13,212 nucleotides of DNA. Origin: Promethearchaeota archaeon (lineage in GTDB: Archaea; Asgardarchaeota; Lokiarchaeia; Sigyniarchaeales; SOKP01). The stretch lies in assembly GCA_016926735.1 (NCBI GenBank), contig JAFGOA010000139.1, positions 1-13,212 on the forward strand, in the 5' to 3' direction. The notes under the pieces were generated by a model. That model ran no database searches, was not told where the DNA came from, and saw only the letters and a program-made list of their open reading frames with translations. Made by a program: the position numbers and the translations under genes. This document shows positions 7,504 to 13,212 of this stretch, piece after piece (the stretch's first letter is position 1; each line of letters starts with the position of its first letter).

Positions 7504-8934
7504 TTATTCGCGTTTTAAAAATAATCTAACTGCTGTTTTTAAATCATCGATAGTTAACTCTCTTTTAAGTGAATTTTTCATTTCAGCTATAAAACGATTG
7601 CACAATTCTAAACTTAGTGAACTACCTTGATTTTGAATCATTTTTTGCAAATATAATCCTTTATTAGGAATATCATCAAAATTCTCATATTCTTTCTTAA
7701 AGATATTATTAATATCTTTAGTTTCTTGTATATCTCCCAATTGAGTCTTCATATGTATTGTTTGCAAATCGTCATCCCTAATTTGCGATAAATCTGATTT
7801 TGGAGTATTTTTAACTTGATTATTTATTTTAGGAAGTGATTTAATTTTTATTTCTTTAGTAAAAGTAATTTGTTTGGGAGGAGCAAATTTCATTTTCCTT
7901 TCTAATTTTTTTCTTATATCAGATTTCTGAGAAATTTCTTGATTTATATCATTTATTTTTTTTTTTAGAATTTCAAATTGATCAAAATATTGGTATTTAT
8001 TTGCAATTTCAAGTAACTCTTTATATTTAGTTAACGCTTTTACATGATTGTTCTGTTGAATTGAATTCTCTGCTTCTAATAATAATTCATTATATTCATT
8101 TGGTAAAGAGCTCTTTAATTTTAAATCATTACTGATGATTTTCAGTATTTTTTCTTTCACATTTAAATCATTCAAAGATAAAAAAAAAATATTATTAATA
8201 TTAAGTTCAGTAATTATTCTTTTTTTATCATTTTCATCTACTAGATCAATTTTATTTGCAATTATTATAAATTTGGATAGGGGACTCTCTTTTTTTTTTA
8301 AGGTTAAATAATAATCTAATACATTTAAATTATAGTTGGAAGCACTAAAAAGAAAAATAATTAAATCTGAACCACTTATTATTTTAGACCATAGAAGAGA
8401 GAAATTATCTTTTAGTTGAAAATCCCAGACATCAAAACTTAAATCATAAATCTCAAATGTAGATATTTTAGCAAAATTCATTACCTTTTTTTCTTGCTTT
8501 TTATTTGTCAATATATCATAAAGTTTAGATTTTCCTGCATTTGAAGGTCCAATAATGGATATCTTACTGTGTAAATCTGCTTGAAGACTTATAAAATAAT
8601 TAATAAATTCTTGTTTATTAGAAAGATTATTTAAAAGCTTAATATCTGGAAAAAAAAAGTGAAATTTTTTTACAATATTCTCTAATATTTTTTCAATATA
8701 TTCTTTTGGATCTATAAGGTCTGTAACTATTAAAAATATCAAATTATTTAATTTTTTATAAAAAATTAGATATTCAGATATTCTACGCGAAGTGATTATA
8801 TCTATATTCGATAATTGTATACTTTCCATAAAAGTATATACAATATTATTAATCTCGTTATCATCAAATGCAAGGGCTAATGTATATGAAAAGAGTCTTT
8901 CTCTGTTGAAATATATATGAATTTGACGTAACAT
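7504..8934 (-). CDS. Longin-like domain fused to a degenerate small GTPase, a TPR/MIT-like helical segment and a small C-terminal helical domain
   Basis: Residues ~1-120 follow a longin/adaptin-small-chain pattern (MLRQIHIYFN...YLIFYKKLNNLIFLIVTD...IEKILENIVKKF). G1 ISIIGPSNAGKS (Gly at 8550), G3-like VWDFQ, SGSDLIIFLFS, G4 IIANKID. This is followed by YNELLLEAENSIQQNNHVKALTKYKELLEIA. Confidence 0.8.
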   Translation of the reverse strand: MLRQIHIYFNRERLFSYTLALAFDDNEINNIVYTFMESIQLSNIDIITSRRISEYLIFYKKLNNLIFLIVTDLIDPKEYIEKILENIVKKFHFFFPDIKLLNNLSNKQEFINYFISLQADLHSKISIIGPSNAGKSKLYDILTNKKQEKKVMNFAKISTFEIYDLSFDVWDFQLKDNFSLLWSKIISGSDLIIFLFSASNYNLNVLDYYLTLKKKESPLSKFIIIANKIDLVDENDKKRIITELNINNIFFLSLNDLNVKEKILKIISNDLKLKSSLPNEYNELLLEAENSIQQNNHVKALTKYKELLEIANKYQYFDQFEILKKKINDINQEISQKSDIRKKLERKMKFAPPKQITFTKEIKIKSLPKINNQVKNTPKSDLSQIRDDDLQTIHMKTQLGDIQETKDINNIFKKEYENFDDIPNKGLYLQKMIQNQGSSLSLELCNRFIAEMKNSLKRELTIDDLKTAVRLFLKRE

Positions 8935-9208
8935 TTCTGGAAATATTGTATTTTATAAATTTTAATATATAATTAATAAAAAAATTTGTATTAATAATTT
9001 ATTATATATTGAAACTAAGTAATTTCATTAAAATATGAAATGCTTTGAACTTTTTTATCTTTTCTAATATTTACTATAATTTACTTAGCTTATTGATTTA
9101 TAAATTTTTAAAATCTTACGATTAAATAAATATAATAAATATAAAATAATAAAAATTATTAGAAGTCTACATTTATTATTCATTAAAATCTTAATATTTA
9201 GTAAACTA

Positions 9209-10171
9209 ATGCCTCTAGAAGAAAAACATATAATAAAATTCTTAGAAAATCCATTAAATGAAAGGTACAATTCTGAAATATTAACCTTACTCATAAAAAG
9301 GATAAGAGATCTATGTTTTAAAGAATGTCAAGTAGATAGGATTACTTGTACTTTAACACCAATGTGTACTCGTAGATTCTTGTTGAAACTAAGAATAAAA
9401 AATGGATTAACTATGGAAGATCTTCCAAAATTTTGTTACAGTGTCAATAAAGGAGTTATAGAAAGATATTTTAGAGGTAAAACAGTGGTATATAAACCTT
9501 TTGATAGTTATTTATATTTAATTGATTTTCTTGATATTTTTTTTCACGGAGACTATCGCAAATTAAATAAATATATATCTTTTAAGAATTGGAAAGCTAC
9601 TTTTAATATTTTAGATGAAAGAATTAACAATGGAGAGAATTTTACTTATCATAAAACAGAAAATTATATATTAATTAATCATGACGAAAAAATTCATATT
9701 ATCTATTTAGAAAGTGGTTATGTTTTATGCAATGCTCATCGTGAATCTATAACAGATTTAGAATTAATTAAAGGAATATTTAATCTAAATGCTCGGAATA
9801 ATTTTCCAGAAATCTCTTTAAAAACAATTAAAAATAAAAAACTTATATTAAGGATAAAAATCCCATATGATATTATTTCAAAAATTAGTAGTGAATTTCC
9901 AAGTATAGAAAGTAATAATAATGTAGATCATCCTGATAATTATTTCTGGAATACATTTCCTGATGATCTAATTAAATTATCGGATTATTGCAAAATGATT
10001 AATTTGATTATGGATTATAATGAGGATCTATTATTAACATTAGTTATAGATAATAAAAAATATACTTATACTAATAAAAGAATGCAAGATTCTCTCAAAT
10101 ATAGAGATTTAATTGAAATTATAAAGATAATTAGTTTTATTTACAATAAATTTTATGTGATATGGATTTAA
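9209..10171 (+). CDS. Hypothetical protein with an N-terminal Cys cluster (C-x3-C-x6-C-x5-C-x22-C)
   Basis: 320-codon ATG-initiated ORF in DNA where long chance ORFs are unlikely; LCFKECQVDRITCTLTPMC...PKFCY. No family recognised. Confidence 0.8.
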   Translation: MPLEEKHIIKFLENPLNERYNSEILTLLIKRIRDLCFKECQVDRITCTLTPMCTRRFLLKLRIKNGLTMEDLPKFCYSVNKGVIERYFRGKTVVYKPFDSYLYLIDFLDIFFHGDYRKLNKYISFKNWKATFNILDERINNGENFTYHKTENYILINHDEKIHIIYLESGYVLCNAHRESITDLELIKGIFNLNARNNFPEISLKTIKNKKLILRIKIPYDIISKISSEFPSIESNNNVDHPDNYFWNTFPDDLIKLSDYCKMINLIMDYNEDLLLTLVIDNKKYTYTNKRMQDSLKYRDLIEIIKIISFIYNKFYVIWI

Positions 10172-10205
10172 GTTAGTTAGATTAAAATAAAAAGAAAAAT
10201 GAAAA

Positions 10206-11234
10206 ATGACAGAAGAAAAAATAAGTAATCAAAATGAAATGGAAGTAATAAAGCAGTTAGTATCTGAAGGTAGAATTGATGATGCAGTAAAAGATATAGC
10301 CTTATACCTAGAACAATCCACAGAGGAAAATAGTTTAGATCGATTAGAAAATATCTTAGAGACAGTATTAACACTTCATGGGGGAAAAACAGTATTGCGT
10401 TTTCTGCTTGAACACAATATAATTGATATACCCCTAATTTTAAAAAATTTATCAAAAAGAGATTCTGTACTAAGATATTCCTTCCTATTATTATTAAAAC
10501 CTATATGTGAAAATGAGTTTGATTTGATTACCCCTTATATTAATGATTTGTTGGAATTTGAAGATCCTAATGTAAAAGAAGCTGCATTACAACTATTGTT
10601 GTTTATTGCGAATAGTGAAAAGCAGATAGATGAAGAAATTCAGATAAAAGCGATTGCTAAAAAACTCGTTGAAAATCAAGATTTTATTGTAGAAAAAGCA
10701 ATACAAGTTTTAAGTGTAATAGGTAAAAAAAATCCTTCATTAATAACAAAGTTTTTGACAAATTTTGCAAAAGAATCTCCTGAAAATGAAGATTTGAAAA
10801 AAAATATAGATAATATTCTAAAATCTATTGTAACTGTTGAAAAAATTGATGAGATTGTTGAAGAAGAAAAACAAATTGAAAATATTACAGACGATAACAA
10901 AAAAAAAGTAGAAATTGTAAAGGAATTAGAAAAAGAAGAGCAAAAGATCTTAAATAAAGAAATGGAATTAAAAATTAAAGATATTGAGCTTAAAAAGAAA
11001 AAATTAGAATTAGAAAAAAAGGAAAAAGAATTAGAAGAAAAAGAAATAAAGGAGAAAGAAAAGGTTTTAAAGAAGAAAGAAAAATTGATTGAGGAGGAAA
11101 AAAAATTATCTAAAGTTGAATTAGAATTAAAAAGAAAGGAAGTAGAAGAAAAAAAACAAAAAATAATGGAACAAGAATCCAAAAGAATAAGTGATAAAAT
11201 AAAAAAAATCAAAGAAGACAATAATAATATCTAA
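10206..11234 (+). CDS. HEAT/ARM-repeat protein with a C-terminal Lys/Glu-rich coiled coil
   Basis: HEAT-like units IPLILKNLSKRDSVLRYSFLLLL, TPYINDLLEFEDPNVKEAALQLL and KAIAKKLVENQDFIVEKAIQVLSVIG. The last ~125 aa are dominated by K/E. Starts 34 nt after the preceding co-oriented gene. Confidence 0.85.
   Translation: MTEEKISNQNEMEVIKQLVSEGRIDDAVKDIALYLEQSTEENSLDRLENILETVLTLHGGKTVLRFLLEHNIIDIPLILKNLSKRDSVLRYSFLLLLKPICENEFDLITPYINDLLEFEDPNVKEAALQLLLFIANSEKQIDEEIQIKAIAKKLVENQDFIVEKAIQVLSVIGKKNPSLITKFLTNFAKESPENEDLKKNIDNILKSIVTVEKIDEIVEEEKQIENITDDNKKKVEIVKELEKEEQKILNKEMELKIKDIELKKKKLELEKKEKELEEKEIKEKEKVLKKKEKLIEEEKKLSKVELELKRKEVEEKKQKIMEQESKRISDKIKKIKEDNNNI
10860..11220 (+). repeat. Low-complexity purine-rich coding tract (recurring GAATTAGAA and AAAGAA words) encoding the K/E helix
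   Basis: The + strand is nearly C-free and A/G-dominated here. This explains the spurious antisense F/S-rich ORF 10676..11221. Confidence 0.6.
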
Positions 11235-12202
11235 ACTGGTTTTTCTTTTAATCTGGATCTAATCTTTCTTATCTCTGGTAATTTAATGTTTTCTGGAGGT
11301 AAACTTTTTACTAATTCATCAGCTATATTATAAGCAACCTCTATAAATTTTAATGATTCTAAAAGTTCAATAATTTGAATTTTATAATCCTCAATGTCTG
11401 CTTCATTTCCATAAAAAACAAGTTTTTCTTTAATTAAATCAGCTATTTCTGTAGGTAAATCAAAATTCTTAATTTTTTTAACTAATTGATTTAAACCAAT
11501 CATTATATTATACCATTCTGATTTGTTATATTTCTCAATACTTTCTAAAATCTTATTTATGTATAATTTAAATTTCTCAATATCATTTGATTCATAAGCA
11601 ATTTCAATTAAGTCTGATAATGCTAGCTCATATAGAAATTTACTTTCAATATTTGGAATAACTTTATCATAGATCCAATCTAATAAATCTCTCTGATTAA
11701 AATTACGAATAATATCAATAAGGAATTTAATTACTGCATAATATAATTTGGCGTTATCTGTTTTAGTAGGAGATAGAAAAGAAATAAGAGTATATTTGAT
11801 TCTTCCGATTGCATCATCAAAATTAATTGGAGTTTCTGTAAATTTATAATATGCTGATTCTAATATCTTTTGAACCTTTTCTCGATTATCTATATCATAA
11901 ACAAAATATTCAGCCCATTTTGGTTCTGGAATTGATGGATCTTTTGATCTTTTTGTTTTAGATTTGCTTTTTTCTTCTTTTTCAAGTATTTGCTTTAAAT
12001 TTATTTTATCAACTTCTTCTTTGGGAATTATTTTAAGAATGATTTTATCTTTTTCTTTAGGAATAATTAATTGAAAAAAAGTATCCTCATCATTAGGGAA
12101 TAATTCATCTCTTATTTCTTTAGGAAAAGTAACTCCTGTTTTAGTTTTTTTTATTATTGTTTCAAAAAACGAATTTTCCTCTAAGTTCTTTTGTTCTTCC
12201 AT
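11231..12202 (-). CDS. Hypothetical protein: N-terminal AbrB/SpoVT/MazE-like swapped-hairpin domain plus C-terminal alpha-helical repeat region
   Basis: FETIIKKTKTGVTFPKEIRDEL...TFFQLIIPKEKDKIILKII resembles the AbrB consensus (G-x-v-t-I-P-k-e-i-R-e-x-L...i-i-l-k). A basic linker and amphipathic helices follow. Its stop (TAG, 11233-11231) overlaps the convergent TAA (11232-11234). Confidence 0.7.
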   Translation of the reverse strand: MEEQKNLEENSFFETIIKKTKTGVTFPKEIRDELFPNDEDTFFQLIIPKEKDKIILKIIPKEEVDKINLKQILEKEEKSKSKTKRSKDPSIPEPKWAEYFVYDIDNREKVQKILESAYYKFTETPINFDDAIGRIKYTLISFLSPTKTDNAKLYYAVIKFLIDIIRNFNQRDLLDWIYDKVIPNIESKFLYELALSDLIEIAYESNDIEKFKLYINKILESIEKYNKSEWYNIMIGLNQLVKKIKNFDLPTEIADLIKEKLVFYGNEADIEDYKIQIIELLESLKFIEVAYNIADELVKSLPPENIKLPEIRKIRSRLKEKPV

Positions 12203-12315
12203 ATTTTTTTATTATCAATTACCTTTTATAATTGTTATGATTAATGAAAGAGTAATTTTAAAAAATAATATTATTAATAAAAAGAAATTAAAAAAGAAAT
12301 ATCTATTATTGTTAA

Positions 12316-12924
12316 TTATCCGGTAATATTAACCAATTCTATGCCTCTTACATCAAAATTCCGATCTATAAATAATAGAATAGCATGTCCCTTATGATTA
12401 TATACTAAAGGTACAGGATAATCCTCTGATTTTTCTATAAAACTTTTTTTTACGATAATTGGAAGTATTGAATTACAAACTCTACATCTTGCATTGATAA
12501 TCTTCACTAAATCATATTTTTTAAAATTATCCAATAACTTATCAATTTCAATCTTAAAGTTTTGAAATATATTTTCAGAAACGTTTTCAAACGATAAAAT
12601 TACTTTGATATCAAAAATTTCATTAAATCTTAAATCTATATATTCAAGTATTGCTTCTAGTAATTGATATTGAACATAATTATCTGCGCCTATAGTGTAT
12701 ATTAATTCATTTTTTTTAATATGTACAATCTTACTATTCCCTTTATGAATATGAAAAAAAATGTTATTAGTTGCATATTCTTTTATAAGATTAACGTCTA
12801 GTATATAACTTCTATATGACCTTGGAGGTTTCCATTCAAATAAAGTCATATTTTCACTGCTAATATTTATGAAATTTAAATTATTCTTAAGTTCATTAAA
12901 ACTAGATCTAAATATATCATCCAT
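12316..12924 (-). CDS. Longin-like domain protein with a C-terminal CxxC...HxxH putative zinc-binding domain
   Basis: Longin-like pattern LNFINISSENMTLFEW...SKIVHIKKNELIYTIGAD...LLEAILEYIDLRFNEIF...FQNFKIEIDKLL, then CRVC (first Cys at 12486-12484)...YPVPLVYNHKGHAILLFIDRNFDVRG. Confidence 0.75.
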   Translation of the reverse strand: MDDIFRSSFNELKNNLNFINISSENMTLFEWKPPRSYRSYILDVNLIKEYATNNIFFHIHKGNSKIVHIKKNELIYTIGADNYVQYQLLEAILEYIDLRFNEIFDIKVILSFENVSENIFQNFKIEIDKLLDNFKKYDLVKIINARCRVCNSILPIIVKKSFIEKSEDYPVPLVYNHKGHAILLFIDRNFDVRGIELVNITG

Positions 12925-12968
12925 AAAAATGCAAATCTATTAATTATGATTATAATGATAATAAATTG

Positions 12969-12981
12969 ATTATATAAATGT
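12969..12981 (-). promoter_or_regulatory. Putative TATA box for the longin-Zn gene
   Basis: The minus strand reads ACATTTATATAA (TTTATATA at 12978-12971), 47-54 nt upstream of ATG 12924. The same 12-mer occurs upstream of the GTPase gene. Confidence 0.35.
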
Positions 12982-13212
12982 CTAATGGTTAAAATCCTTA
13001 TCTTACAAACATTATTAAGAGTTATTCAGAGTATTTTTATAAATTAATTTTAGTTAAAAGAATATTTTATTTATCAAGAGATTCAATAAATAAAAGAATT
13101 AATCTATCTCTATATCTAAAATCTTAGAGATTTTTTAAAATGAAGATTTTATAAAGGTAATTTATTAATATCATATTTAAATTATAAAAATTAAAGATTA
13201 TATAATAAATTA

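Noticed and set aside
9085-9294. 69-aa minus-strand ORF with a hydrophobic stretch
   Set aside because: Overlaps the start of the 320-aa plus-strand gene head-to-head; the hydrophobicity is what AT-rich intergenic DNA yields by chance.
10177-11221. Minus-strand ORFs 10177..10455 and 10676..11221 (F/S-rich, membrane-looking)
   Set aside because: Antisense to the HEAT gene; reverse-complemented AAA/GAA codons give stop-free Phe/Ser runs.
11231-11234. 4-nt overlap of convergent stop codons (CTAA)
   Set aside because: A common compact arrangement of convergent genes; no special function implied.
12925-13212. Terminal AT-rich stretch as a possible replication origin or gene start
   Set aside because: No ORB-like G-string repeats and no sustained reading frame recognised; the context beyond the window is missing.

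Overview
Very AT-rich archaeal chromosomal segment. The gene content points to an Asgard archaeon, probably Lokiarchaeia-like (inferred): archaeal-type PurD, two small GTPase domains, two longin-like proteins, a HEAT-repeat protein and TATA-box-like promoters. Left to right: (1) a large minus-strand gene missing from the ORF track because it runs off the left edge (ATG at 2152, at least 717 codons), with an N-terminal membrane anchor/signal, GH9, CBM3c and the start of an Fn3 domain. Both GH9 catalytic positions and most sugar-binding residues are substituted, so it is a probable cell-surface pseudo-cellulase. (2) purD. (3) A coiled-coil protein that probably starts at a CTG coupled to (4) a Rab/Ras-like GTPase with a long helical tail. 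(5) An M32 carboxypeptidase. (6) A longin-degenerate GTPase-helical fusion. (7-8) A divergent pair: a Cys-cluster hypothetical protein and a HEAT plus K/E-helix protein. (9) An AbrB-like/helical-repeat protein. (10) A longin plus CxxC...HxxH protein. No RNA genes, CRISPR arrays or mobile elements were recognised. All domain calls come from manual translation and motif recall, not database searches.
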